64,000 nucleotides of DNA, from positions 21,068 to 85,067 of the forward strand of contig DATIIB010000009.1 in the NCBI GenBank assembly GCA_035480055.1. The letters run 5' to 3'. The notes below the pieces were generated by a model. The model ran no database searches. It had not been told where the DNA came from and was given only the letters and a program-made list of their open reading frames with translations. Position numbers and translations under genes: made by a program. Origin of the DNA: Candidatus Saccharimonadales bacterium. Its GTDB lineage: Bacteria; Patescibacteriota; Saccharimonadia; Saccharimonadales; DASZAF01. Numbering within the stretch: position 1 is the stretch's first letter; each line of letters opens with the position of its first letter. Positions 46,301-54,660 of the stretch are shown in pieces.

Positions 46301-47105
46301 ATGGGAGCGTGAATTGTTGGGGTTGTATCTTTCGAGTCATCCTCTGGATTCGTACGAGACCTATCTGATGGAGCGAACACATGATCTGCTGAGTCTCAAA
46401 CAAGGAATGGATGGCTGTGCGGTGACCGTGGGCGGGGTGATCTCGGCCGTGCGGCAAATCGCTACCAAAAAAGGCGACAAGATGGCTTTTGTAAAGGTTG
46501 AAGGCAAGGCGGGCGAGACCGAGCTGATTATTTTCCCCAAGACGTACGAGAAATGCCAAGCGCTGCTGGAACAAGACCGAGTGATTATCGCCAATGGCAC
46601 GGTGAGCGCAAAAGATCGCAATGGTAACTTGAGCGATGAGATTAAGGTGCTGGCTGACGATATTCGGTTGCTGACTTTGGCTGAAATGCAGGAGTATAAG
46701 CCCAATGGCGAACGTTTGCCCGCGCCTAAAAAAGCGATGGTCACGGGTAAGCGCGGAAGCAGTCGCAAGCCCTGGGGGGGTGGTGGTAATGGCGGGGGCT
46801 ACCAACCCAAAGCTGCACCAGCTGCACCCCAAGTAGTGAAGTCGGTCGGTGCCGCAGCTGCAACGCCAACCTATGATGGCCCGCCACGAACTCTGTACGT
46901 TCATGTGCGTGATCCGAATGATCATAATGGGTTGCTCAAGCTCAAACAATCGCTCAACGACTTTCCCGGTAATTCTTCGGCTGTCCTGGTGCTGGGCGAT
47001 GAACGCAAGTCGGCTATCAAGCTGCCGTTTACCATTAATCCACACGATGCATTACTGAGTTCAATCCGCCAGTTGTTTGGCGAAGAGTGCGTGATCTTAA
47101 AATAG
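43386..47105 (+). CDS. dnaE: DNA polymerase III alpha subunit (DnaE-type)
   Basis: PHP domain YVHLHNHTHYSVLDG, palm PDIDVD, fingers, OB fold, then a Gly-rich linker and an extra C-terminal ~75-aa domain. GTG start with a GGGGG SD-like element. Confidence 0.96.
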   Translation: MSKAATDLQASDYVHLHNHTHYSVLDGLQKVPETLSRAQDMGMEAMAITDHGTLSGAIEFYKVAQDKGMKPIIGMETYVAPRTIADKDPAKDKARYHLILLAMNQKGLENLFRLSSIAWLEGYYYKQRIDHLLLERYNEGLIVLSGCIGGEVGEHLRQDQDDKAYEFAKWYKSIFGDRYYIEVQDHGHPDHPHKWDEQIKVNQKLLKLAKDLDIPPVVTCDAHYASPEDKDAHEILLCVQTGANLSEESRFSLKDFDLFVEDPQAVITRWGTDHPEVIANTRAIAERCEIKFDLGGIHIPKFDVPEGHTEKTFLDELVYQGLAERYEGLPHDEAHALSIEEAKAKLKDDVLQRTEYELGVIDRMGFNGYMLIVQDFINWGKDQGIIFGPGRGSAAGSIIAFALRITDIDPLKYDLLFERFLNPDRISMPDIDVDIQDTRRNEVIEYCAKKYGSSRVSNIVTFGTMAARAAVRDVARTLEVPYAEADRLAKMVPQPVQGRHIPLAVSIQEDPDLKKEYQNNPTSKRVIDLASRLEGTIRSHGVHACGVVIAPDDVVKFLPLEMAQKGVVATQFPMGQVEELGLLKMDFLGLSNLTIIKNAMRIIKRVNGVDIDLEKMPLDDPKAYELLASGDTTGVFQLESAGMKRYLKELKPTVFDDIIAMVALYRPGPMQFIDDFIARKHGRKQITYMHPLMKNALENTYGILVYQEQVMQISKELSGFTGGQADTLRKAIGKKKIDVMQKMKVDFIEGAIKNGAERESMEKFWKQLEDFAAYCFNKSHAACYGLIAYWTAYLKAYYPAAFMAALMTSDQDDTDRLAIEITECKHMGLEVLAPDVNESFGEFAVVPGTSQIRFGLNAVKNVGANAVETILAARQAGGEFASIEDYAKRVNCRIVNRKNLESLIKAGAFDRYGNRSDLLFNLDGILAFASKLQKEAESGQANLFGDIGEALPAAHLQLESAPTQVTEQEVLQWERELLGLYLSSHPLDSYETYLMERTHDLLSLKQGMDGCAVTVGGVISAVRQIATKKGDKMAFVKVEGKAGETELIIFPKTYEKCQALLEQDRVIIANGTVSAKDRNGNLSDEIKVLADDIRLLTLAEMQEYKPNGERLPAPKKAMVTGKRGSSRKPWGGGGNGGGYQPKAAPAAPQVVKSVGAAAATPTYDGPPRTLYVHVRDPNDHNGLLKLKQSLNDFPGNSSAVLVLGDERKSAIKLPFTINPHDALLSSIRQLFGEECVILK

Positions 47106-47204
47106 TACTCGCTTTTTGTACCATATGTTGCTCGCTTTTCAATGTATACGCATGCAGTGTGTATATGCTATATTCGGCAGTATTGATTAAGGAGCAACCA
47201 CCGT

Positions 47205-47681
47205 ATGACAATGGCCGCCGAACGTCTCGAACCAACCGCTGGAACTACTGAGGGAGCAGTCATTAGGCAGCGGCAGATAAGATACGTGGCTATGGCGGTC
47301 GTACCGGCGGTTTTGCAACCTTCGCAACCCGAGGTGCCTCCAGCTGACTCGCAAGTGGAGGTAGTTTTGGGGCCACAAGCAGCTGAGGCTATAGGCAAAG
47401 ACCCAGAACTGCGCGAAAATTTTAAGCGTATTATGTCTACGGGAGAGATTGCAGTCCGTTTACTGCCTTTGAATGCCGACGCTGTCCCCAAATGCATTGA
47501 AGGCACATACGATGGATACACACTACATACCGATGACTCCGGAGAGCAGATGGCAAGGTTGGAGCCGACTGGCGATCTGGCTACGCCCCAGGAGAGAGCG
47601 GCGTTGCTCTATCATTTTCAGGTGATCACCCGTGATCCGGCAATTCCCGAAGCGACCTGGGACCAAGTTATCAATGGCTGA
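47205..47681 (+). CDS. Hypothetical protein (ORFan, 158 aa)
   Basis: AAGGAG SD 8 nt upstream. Atypical codons (AGG, ATA, AGA within the first 30 codons). No family recognised. Confidence 0.55.
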   Translation: MTMAAERLEPTAGTTEGAVIRQRQIRYVAMAVVPAVLQPSQPEVPPADSQVEVVLGPQAAEAIGKDPELRENFKRIMSTGEIAVRLLPLNADAVPKCIEGTYDGYTLHTDDSGEQMARLEPTGDLATPQERAALLYHFQVITRDPAIPEATWDQVING

Positions 47682-48174
47682 TCGAAAGCCCGTAAAGTGC
47701 AATTCCTAAGGCAACGCTGACGTTGAAAGACTCTTTGGTACCCTGCATTGGGATTTCAATCGCAGAATCGGCAGCTGCAAGAATTTCTGGCGGAATGCCG
47801 TGCACTTCTTCGCCGAGTAAAAGGGCGATCTTGGCATGAGTCGGGGTGTATTCAGGAAGCATGGTGGCTGTCGGCGTTTGCTCCAGGGCCAGGAGTTCGT
47901 AGCCGTCTTGTTGTAACTTGGCGACAACCTGCAGCGGATCTTCGGCATAACTAAACGGCAGTGTTTGCTCTGCGCCAAGCGCAGTTTTATGAATCTGCGC
48001 GGTTAACTTGGAGGTGATGTGCGGTAGCCGAGCATCACCGAGCACTGCCGGATAGGGTGTATACCCTGTAAGATACAGATGAGCCACGCCAAATCCATCA
48101 CATGTGCGGAAAAAAGAACCCACATTATGTGTGCTTCGAATATTGTGGGCAATAACTACAATCGTTGTGTTCAT
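47671..48174 (-). CDS. SpoU/TrmH-family RNA 2'-O-methyltransferase
   Basis: HNVGSFFRTCDGFGV, LLLGEEVHGIPPEIL, IPMQGTKESFNVSVALGIALY (SPOUT knot motifs). Confidence 0.85.
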   Translation of the reverse strand: MNTTIVVIAHNIRSTHNVGSFFRTCDGFGVAHLYLTGYTPYPAVLGDARLPHITSKLTAQIHKTALGAEQTLPFSYAEDPLQVVAKLQQDGYELLALEQTPTATMLPEYTPTHAKIALLLGEEVHGIPPEILAAADSAIEIPMQGTKESFNVSVALGIALYGLSISH

Positions 48175-48180
48175 AACTTT

Positions 48181-48214
48181 ATCATATCAAGTTGTGGTGC
48201 TTATGTTTTATAAT
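48181..48214. promoter_or_regulatory. Divergent leaderless-type promoters for the SpoU methyltransferase (minus) and pilB (plus)
   Basis: On the minus strand, TATGAT (48181-48186) lies 6 nt from the ATG at 48174. On the plus strand, TATAAT (48209-48214) lies 7 nt from the ATG at 48222. Confidence 0.45.
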
Positions 48215-48221
48215 GGGAGCA

Positions 48222-49838
48222 ATGGCTATCGACCGACAAGCAGAAAAATTCCGAGAAGGAGAAGAGCAGAGTACTAAGCAACGCGCCACACTCCTGGGCC
48301 TTGCATATGCTGACTCTCGCCAGCTCCAGAGCACGCCGCTCCTTCAAGGTGTCTTGACCTTGCCCGAAATGTATCGAGACAAAATGGTCCCGCTCCGCGA
48401 CGAGGGTGAAAATGGGAGCCTGGTTTTTGCTATCACCGTAGGAACTCCCCAACCTATCCTTCGCAGCTTACGCGAAAAGTACATTGATCGCAATGTACAG
48501 TTCGTGATGATCAGCAACCCTGGCTTCAAGGAATTCATGCAGCGCTATGATCCGCCCAAGGAAGTCCATTACCAGGATGTCAAAATTGCCAGCGCTGGTG
48601 ATAGCGATACTCTCTACGATGTCTCCAAAACGCTTGATGGCGTGCTGGCCGACGACATTCTTGATTACTTGATTACCCAAGCTGACAAGCTTCGCGCTTC
48701 GGACATTCACTTTGAATGTGCTCGTAATTATGTACGCATGCGCTTTCGCGTGGACGGCGCGTTGCATGTGGTCGCACAGCTGACGCATCAAAAATATTAT
48801 GTGGTTACTGGGGCTATTGCCTCGCGGGCCAATATCGCCACGCATGCGGCCACTGCCCAAACCGGTCATATGCTGTATGATTTTCGGAATCCCGATGGTA
48901 CTGTGCGCCAGCTGAACATGCGTATCGAAACCGTGCCGACGATTTATGGCCAAGATGCCGTGGTCCGTCTCTTTAATGTCGATGCGTCCATGCTGTATCT
49001 TGACCAACTGGGCCTGGATGATCGCCAGCGCAAAGAGATCGACGAAGTGATCACCCACCCGCATGGCATGCTCATGGTCGTTGGTCCAACCGGTTCGGGC
49101 AAGTCTACCACGCTCTATTCAATTATCAATGCTTTAAATGACCCAGCACGCAAGATTATCACCCTGGAAGATCCGGTGGAGTTTGCGATCGAAGGAGTGA
49201 GCCAGATTCCGGTAGCCTCGCGCCAAGGCGGAAGTTTTGCCGAGAATTTGCGGGCGGTCTTGCGACTCGACCCGGACGTTATTATGGTTGGGGAAATTCG
49301 GGACATCGACACCGCCAAGACGGCAATTCAAGCGTCGGTCACTGGGCACTTAGTTTTGACCACCTTTCACGCCAGTGACGCTGCAACCGCTTTAACGCGC
49401 ATGACTGACATGATTGGCCAAAACCCCATCTTCACCAACGCCATCAAGATGGTTATTGGTCAGCGGCTCGTTCGTCGTCTGGACGAAGACACCAAGGTTG
49501 GCTACGAACCAGACGAAAAGACGGCAGAACACATTCGTAAAATACTTTCCACCCTGCCCGAGGCTATCGAAAAGCCAAACCTTGATAACATCACGTTGTA
49601 CAAACCTGGCCAGTCAGACGACAATCCCTTTGGCTACAGCGGCCGGATGATGATCATGGAGCAGATGATCTGCGACGAAAACATCCAAGAATTATTGCGC
49701 GGCGACCCCAGTCAGTTAAATCCTGACGTGCTGCAAAAAAGTGCGGTAAGCCACGGCATGGTGACCATGGAGCAAGATGGACTACTCAAAGCGCTCCAGG
49801 GTCATACCACATTGGAAGAACTTTACCGCGTGCTTTAG
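48222..49838 (+). CDS. pilB: Type IV pilus / type II secretion ATPase (PilB/GspE family)
   Basis: T2SSE N-terminal domain, Walker A GPTGSGKST, Asp box, Walker B/His box (TGHLVLTTFH). Start is ATG 48222 (leaderless-type) or 48213. Confidence 0.9.
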   Translation: MAIDRQAEKFREGEEQSTKQRATLLGLAYADSRQLQSTPLLQGVLTLPEMYRDKMVPLRDEGENGSLVFAITVGTPQPILRSLREKYIDRNVQFVMISNPGFKEFMQRYDPPKEVHYQDVKIASAGDSDTLYDVSKTLDGVLADDILDYLITQADKLRASDIHFECARNYVRMRFRVDGALHVVAQLTHQKYYVVTGAIASRANIATHAATAQTGHMLYDFRNPDGTVRQLNMRIETVPTIYGQDAVVRLFNVDASMLYLDQLGLDDRQRKEIDEVITHPHGMLMVVGPTGSGKSTTLYSIINALNDPARKIITLEDPVEFAIEGVSQIPVASRQGGSFAENLRAVLRLDPDVIMVGEIRDIDTAKTAIQASVTGHLVLTTFHASDAATALTRMTDMIGQNPIFTNAIKMVIGQRLVRRLDEDTKVGYEPDEKTAEHIRKILSTLPEAIEKPNLDNITLYKPGQSDDNPFGYSGRMMIMEQMICDENIQELLRGDPSQLNPDVLQKSAVSHGMVTMEQDGLLKALQGHTTLEELYRVL

Positions 49839-50974
49839 GCTTCTGGCGTAATCACTGCGGCGATTGCCGGCACCAAGCCGTCATCAAAAACCGAAGGAAT
49901 GATTTTATCAGGGGTGGGAGAGCTGACCAATGCCGCAATGGTCTCTGCTGCTCGCAGTTTATGCGTATCAGTAATTTTGGTAACTGCATTGTCGAGCGCC
50001 CCGCGGAAGATGCCCGGAAAGGCGAGCGCGTTATTCACTTGATTAGGAAAATCGCTGCGGCCCGTGGCAACCACCAGTGCGCCGGCTGCCTTCGCAACAT
50101 CGGGCATCACTTCAGGGGTCGGGTTGGACAGTGCGAAGATGATTGGGTCTTTGGCCATGGTGCGAATCATCTCGGCAGTGAGCAGATTTGGTTTGGAGAC
50201 ACCAATAAAGACGTCGGCATCCTGCAGCGCGTCTTCCAATGAGCCATCAAGGTCGTGGGGGTTGGTATATTCCAGCAGCATTTGTTTGGCATTGGTAAGA
50301 TCGGTACGATTTTTGCTGACAATGCCTTTACTATCAATCGCGATAATTTGAGGCTGAGCGTACAAATGGAGCAGTTTGATAATTGCCGTTCCCGCAGCGC
50401 CGGCACCAATGACCACAATTTTGCAATCACTTAACTTTTTGTCAGTGACCTTCATGGCATTAATGAGTCCGGCCAGCGTGATGACCGCGGTGCCATGTTG
50501 GTCGTCGTGCATGACCGGAATATCAAGCGCTTCCTTGAGTCGCGCTTCAATTTCAAAACACTGCGGAGCGGCAATATCTTCCAGATTAATGGCGCCAAAA
50601 CTCGGGGCCATGGCGGTGACTGCGGCCACAATCTCATCCGGAGTGTGCACGTTCAGTACGATCGGCACGGCATCAATGTTCGCAAAGTGCTTAAAGAGCA
50701 TGGCCTTGCCCTCCATGACTGGCATGGCGCCGTAAGGACCGATGTCGCCAAGCCCAAGCACGGCAGAACCGTCTGAGATCACCGCCACTAAGTTATTGGT
50801 CCACGTGTACTCACGCATCTCCTTGGGATGCTCGGCCACGTATGACGATACTGCAGCCACGCCAGGGGTATAATAGGCGGCCAGGGTTTCGCGCGTAGGC
50901 GTGTCGCGGAGGGCGGTGGTAATTTTGCCTTTGAATTTTTTGTGAAGCTCAAGTGCGAAAGTATTTATATCCAT
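49835..50974 (-). CDS. NAD(P)-dependent malic enzyme (short form)
   Basis: LAAYYTPGVA, GLGDIGP, FGAINLEDI, VVIGAGAAGTA. Confidence 0.9.
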   Translation of the reverse strand: MDINTFALELHKKFKGKITTALRDTPTRETLAAYYTPGVAAVSSYVAEHPKEMREYTWTNNLVAVISDGSAVLGLGDIGPYGAMPVMEGKAMLFKHFANIDAVPIVLNVHTPDEIVAAVTAMAPSFGAINLEDIAAPQCFEIEARLKEALDIPVMHDDQHGTAVITLAGLINAMKVTDKKLSDCKIVVIGAGAAGTAIIKLLHLYAQPQIIAIDSKGIVSKNRTDLTNAKQMLLEYTNPHDLDGSLEDALQDADVFIGVSKPNLLTAEMIRTMAKDPIIFALSNPTPEVMPDVAKAAGALVVATGRSDFPNQVNNALAFPGIFRGALDNAVTKITDTHKLRAAETIAALVSSPTPDKIIPSVFDDGLVPAIAAVITPEA

Positions 50975-51009
50975 ACCTATAATTATGCCTGAATCATCTC
51001 GTCTTTGAT

Positions 51010-52011
51010 ATGATGAAAGGAATTATGAATGCTCTCCAATTAGTTGACGCAAAAGAGTATGGCGAACAGCTCGCAGCTATAATCCCGAGTGCCAAGAAAC
51101 GGATTCTTATTGCGGCCATGATTGTGGCGTACGATACGTATACTGGGCCACTTCTCGAAGCCATATTGCAGGCTCAGAAGCGGGGCGTGGCCGTGCACAT
51201 TGTGGTGGATCGCTTTTCACAGCTCCCGTTGGCGTACGAAGGATTTTTCTTTAGTAAAGAGATTCAGCGCCGGCGCCAAGACTTTGAAACATTTGCCGCA
51301 GCGCTGCAAAAAAGTGGGGGACGAATCTCATACGTTGGCAAAAAATGGTCACATAACCCATTTGCCGGTCGCTTACACGCCAAGTTTACGGTAGTTGACG
51401 ACACTGCTTACACTTTTGGAGGCGTGAATTTTAGTGGACGGCACTTTGGCTTTGCAGATGTCATGGTGCAAACGCGGGATGTAAAGGTATGCGATACGCT
51501 AGAAGCGTTGGCTACAAAGATTGCAGCACACTCTATTCTTAAGGACTTAGATGAGACAATCAATGACAGTTCCCAGCTCTTGTTTGATGGTGGCACGCCC
51601 GGCACCTCTGTTATTTACCAGCGGACCTGTGAACTCGCGGCCAAAGCTTCCAAAATATACTACGTGTCCCAGATGTGCCCGAGTGGCAAGTTGGGCCGTA
51701 TTCTGCATGACAAAAAGGCGGAATGCTATTTTAATCGACCGTCGCAGGCCGGTCCACCTAACAACCTGGGGATATGGGTTGATCAGCGACGTTTTGGCAT
51801 TGCCAACCTTTATAAAGGTGCAACCTATATCCACGCCAAATGTATGCTTTTTGAAATGCCAGATGGTTCAAAAGCACTTATAACCGGTTCGAATAATTTT
51901 AGTTGGCGCGGCATTGCCTATGGAACCAAAGAGATCGCGATGTACTCAACCAATACGCACCTTTATGATCAGCTATATGATTTTATGCAGCGTAGGATTA
52001 TCAGCCGTTAA
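51010..52011 (+). CDS. Phospholipase D-like (two HKD motifs) protein, no TM segment
   Basis: HKD motifs RLHAKFTVVDD..GGVNFS and YIHAKCMLFE..ITGSNNFS. It could be a cardiolipin/phosphatidylserine synthase-like enzyme or a nuclease; these cannot be distinguished here. Confidence 0.75.
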   Translation: MMKGIMNALQLVDAKEYGEQLAAIIPSAKKRILIAAMIVAYDTYTGPLLEAILQAQKRGVAVHIVVDRFSQLPLAYEGFFFSKEIQRRRQDFETFAAALQKSGGRISYVGKKWSHNPFAGRLHAKFTVVDDTAYTFGGVNFSGRHFGFADVMVQTRDVKVCDTLEALATKIAAHSILKDLDETINDSSQLLFDGGTPGTSVIYQRTCELAAKASKIYYVSQMCPSGKLGRILHDKKAECYFNRPSQAGPPNNLGIWVDQRRFGIANLYKGATYIHAKCMLFEMPDGSKALITGSNNFSWRGIAYGTKEIAMYSTNTHLYDQLYDFMQRRIISR

Positions 52012-52085
52012 TAGGAGTTTTCAATTCTATCTTCTTGTGGTAGAATAGTGTTTGACTTTGAGCATAAAATAAGAGAGTAAGAGAC

Positions 52086-52553
52086 ATGTTTCAGTTGATT
52101 CAGAAAGTTGAAGCGAAATACCGCAAGCCACGCGTCGTCGACGCTCGTACTGGCGATACAGTTCGCGTACACCAAAAGATTAAAGAAGGTAACAAAGAGC
52201 GTATCCAGATTTTTGAAGGGTTGATTATCCGAACCGACCGCAAAAATTCGCTGACCAGCCGCATCACTGTGCGTCGCATTGCTAGTGGCGTTGGCGTTGA
52301 GAAGAGCTTTCTGCTCCACTCACCACTCGTGTTGAAGGTAGAAGTGATCAAGCGTTCGAAAGTTCGCCGTAACTACCTTTCATTCATGCGTGATCGTACC
52401 GGTAAGTCAGCTCGTCTGACCGCCGTTGACTTTGATAAAGATCGAGTCAACCGCGCGAACCGCGCCGCTGAGGAAGAAGAAGCGCAGATTAAAGAAGCGG
52501 CTGTCGAGGCTCACGATAAAGAAGCTGCGAAAGCCAAAAAGCCAAAGAAGTAA
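52086..52553 (+). CDS. rplS: 50S ribosomal protein L19 with ~40-aa Lys/Glu/Ala-rich C-terminal extension
   Basis: GDTVRVHQKIKEGNKERIQIFEGLIIR ... RRNYLSFMRDRTGKSARL, then EEEEAQIKEAAVEAHDKEAAKAKKPKK. Confidence 0.95.
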   Translation: MFQLIQKVEAKYRKPRVVDARTGDTVRVHQKIKEGNKERIQIFEGLIIRTDRKNSLTSRITVRRIASGVGVEKSFLLHSPLVLKVEVIKRSKVRRNYLSFMRDRTGKSARLTAVDFDKDRVNRANRAAEEEEAQIKEAAVEAHDKEAAKAKKPKK

Positions 52554-52570
52554 TTCCTTGCCTACTTACC

Positions 52571-52598
52571 AAACCGCACCTGATCTGGGTGCGGTTTT
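52571..52598 (+). terminator. Rho-independent terminator after rplS
   Basis: AAACCGCACC / tgatctg / GGTGCGGTTT: a perfect 10-bp stem with a GC-rich 7-bp core, running into TTTT, 18 nt after the rplS stop. Confidence 0.75.
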
Positions 52599-52651
52599 GC
52601 TATGGATCATCCTTTCTTTTAGCTTTGAGAGCTGCTATAAATACGTAGATT

Positions 52652-54061
52652 ATGAGCGATATTTTAATTTATTACACAGAGTCAACTGAACAAGATCCAG
52701 AAGCGCCTACCGTCCATGGGCCTATGGATGGAGAAGCGGAGCTAGAGCCAGAGGCAGTGACGCAAGCAGCAATTATGAAAGATCATCGGGAGAACAACCT
52801 ACCTCCGCAACTAGTCCTTGATTCCATTGAAGATCGTGGAGCGCCAATTGAGGTGGCTGCGGCGCAAGCTCCGACGGTTGAGACTCAAATAGTTACTGAC
52901 CGCACTCAGCTGGGAGCGGCCGTGCTTCGTGTCTCTGATGAACCCGCCAAACGTGCCGAAGACGAACCACATAATGTTACAGACCCTGCTGAAGAAGCTA
53001 CTCCTCCTCTCGCAGCAAGCGGCGGCGAGGGTGGTGACGGTAGATTCCCCCGAGACGGCGCCCCTCTAGGCGGCGAAGGCGATGACGAAGATCCAGAAGG
53101 TTCAGAAGAACCCGAAGAGCTATCCGAGGAAGAATTCTGGACCAGAGAATCAGAGGAGCTACGGCAAAAGTCGGCCTCCGAGATTCTTGCTACGGTAGAA
53201 TCCAGAGCGTTTCAACCCGCTCCTCCGGTTATTGAGAAGCGCAATGATGGCGATGTTGAAGTGACGATAGTGCTTTGCGAGCAACCGCCAAAGGATAATG
53301 CGAACCTGCCTAAAGAAGTTGGGGGTTGTGACCTTGTGCTGGTTGAACAATATGGTGGACTTAACAACCAACGGGAACTGCAAGAACAATTTTCACGAAC
53401 TGAAGGTACAGGGGTGCGTTTTATTGGCACGGATGAGACTCATCCTCAGTCCTATCATCACGAAGCAACAGAATCTGCGAAACAGACTTTGCATTACGCT
53501 GTCAATCTTCTTTACCCTGTCCCAGAGGCGGTATCAGCAATGCAGTCTTACATCGCAACTAGGGATATAGCTGTTGAGGCGCAAGACACCTTACAGGCGC
53601 AACAGATCAAAGGGGTCATACGGAGCCAAGAAGAACCCGCATCGATCGGCGTCATCATGCGTCCGCATCATCATCAGGCTGTGGCTGAAGTTGGGGAAGA
53701 GGCTTCAGCTGAGAGAACAGCCGAGATTGCCGATAAAGCTGCGCAAGCTATGACTCCTGATGACCTCGCCGTTGAAGCCTTCCGAGCTGGGAATACTGAG
53801 CAGATGAGAATTACGGCCGAACAGGCAATCATTAGCAAATACATTTACCGCTTTTTGCCCGGCGAAGGATTAACCCACCAAGGCGATGTGCGCCGCGCCA
53901 ATAGAGTAGCAATGGCGCTTACTGACGACCAACGCGAACGGATCCTTGCGCGCCTTTCATCGGCACTCGCTGATCAGGGAGAATACTTTCATAAGAAAGC
54001 ATCCAAAGTACGACAGGCACTATACGAAGTAATCAACCAGCCTCAAACCTCCGAAGAATAG
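52652..54061 (+). CDS. Hypothetical acidic protein (ORFan, 469 aa)
   Basis: The N-terminal ~170 aa are Glu/Asp/Pro/Gly-rich and look disordered; the C-terminal half looks helical. Frequent ATA/AGA codons. No family recognised. Confidence 0.55.
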   Translation: MSDILIYYTESTEQDPEAPTVHGPMDGEAELEPEAVTQAAIMKDHRENNLPPQLVLDSIEDRGAPIEVAAAQAPTVETQIVTDRTQLGAAVLRVSDEPAKRAEDEPHNVTDPAEEATPPLAASGGEGGDGRFPRDGAPLGGEGDDEDPEGSEEPEELSEEEFWTRESEELRQKSASEILATVESRAFQPAPPVIEKRNDGDVEVTIVLCEQPPKDNANLPKEVGGCDLVLVEQYGGLNNQRELQEQFSRTEGTGVRFIGTDETHPQSYHHEATESAKQTLHYAVNLLYPVPEAVSAMQSYIATRDIAVEAQDTLQAQQIKGVIRSQEEPASIGVIMRPHHHQAVAEVGEEASAERTAEIADKAAQAMTPDDLAVEAFRAGNTEQMRITAEQAIISKYIYRFLPGEGLTHQGDVRRANRVAMALTDDQRERILARLSSALADQGEYFHKKASKVRQALYEVINQPQTSEE

Positions 54062-54087
54062 ACTTTACCTTCTTTGTCAAAAAGTAC

Positions 54088-54093
54088 TATACT
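54088..54093 (+). promoter_or_regulatory. -10 box TATACT 6 nt upstream of the rnhB ATG (leaderless-type)
   Basis: gtacTATACTgccgatATG. Confidence 0.45.
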
Positions 54094-54099
54094 GCCGAT

Positions 54100-54660
54100 A
54101 TGATCATTGGGGTAGATGAAGTCGGAAGGGGATGCTTGGCTGGACCGGTCTGCGTGGCGGCAGTGGCTTTGAGCTCGCCCATTACCGGACTGGACGACTC
54201 CAAAAAGATTCCTGCGCCAAAACGCAAAAAACTATCGATCGAAATTAAACAGTTGGCTGAGTATGTTGGCATTGGTTGGGCGCAGCCTAAAGAAGTTGAC
54301 CGGCATGGCATTGTTGGTGCGCTGCGACTTGCGGCTGAGCGAGCCTTGGCGGGTGTGAACGACCGCGCCACTCGCATACTCCTTGATGGTAATAGCAACT
54401 ACCTGCATGACACTCGGGTGACTACAATTATTGGCGGCGATGGTCTTGAAGATTGTATCTCGGCTGCTTCGATTGTGGCCAAAGTTGCTCGCGACAGTTA
54501 TATGCAAGCGGTGGACGCGCTCTTTCCGCAATACGGATTTGCTTCGCACGTTGGGTATGGGACAAAAGCGCATCGGCTGGCGATTACCACGCACGGACCA
54601 TGCGCGCTGCACCGTATGAGCTTTGCGCCGCTGAAAACTCTCAGCTATGTCCTCAACTGA
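54100..54660 (+). CDS. rnhB: Ribonuclease HII
   Basis: MIIGVDEVGRGCLAGPV, DDSKK, SIVAKVARD. Confidence 0.93.
   Translation: MIIGVDEVGRGCLAGPVCVAAVALSSPITGLDDSKKIPAPKRKKLSIEIKQLAEYVGIGWAQPKEVDRHGIVGALRLAAERALAGVNDRATRILLDGNSNYLHDTRVTTIIGGDGLEDCISAASIVAKVARDSYMQAVDALFPQYGFASHVGYGTKAHRLAITTHGPCALHRMSFAPLKTLSYVLN

Noticed and set aside
46771-46800. G-run (ccctgggggggtggtggtaatggcgggggc) as a possible G-quadruplex or regulatory element
   Set aside because: It lies inside dnaE and simply encodes the Gly-rich linker (PWGGGGNGGG). There is no independent evidence of a structural role.
46257-47045. 262-aa minus-strand ORF at the dnaE 3' end
   Set aside because: Antisense shadow of dnaE. No SD or promoter, and no family resemblance.
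47106-47204. Short direct repeat CTCGCTTTT (two copies) and small palindromes (GTATAC, GCATGC) in the dnaE-ORFan spacer
   Set aside because: The repeats are 9 nt or shorter, with no stem-loop or known motif. They are compatible with chance in an AT-richer spacer.
52036-52058. Inverted repeat ATTCTA-N11-TAGAAT overlapping the rplS -10 box as a possible L19 autoregulatory site
   Set aside because: The arms are only 6 bp and AT-rich. One arm is itself the -10 hexamer, so the repeat is likely coincidental.
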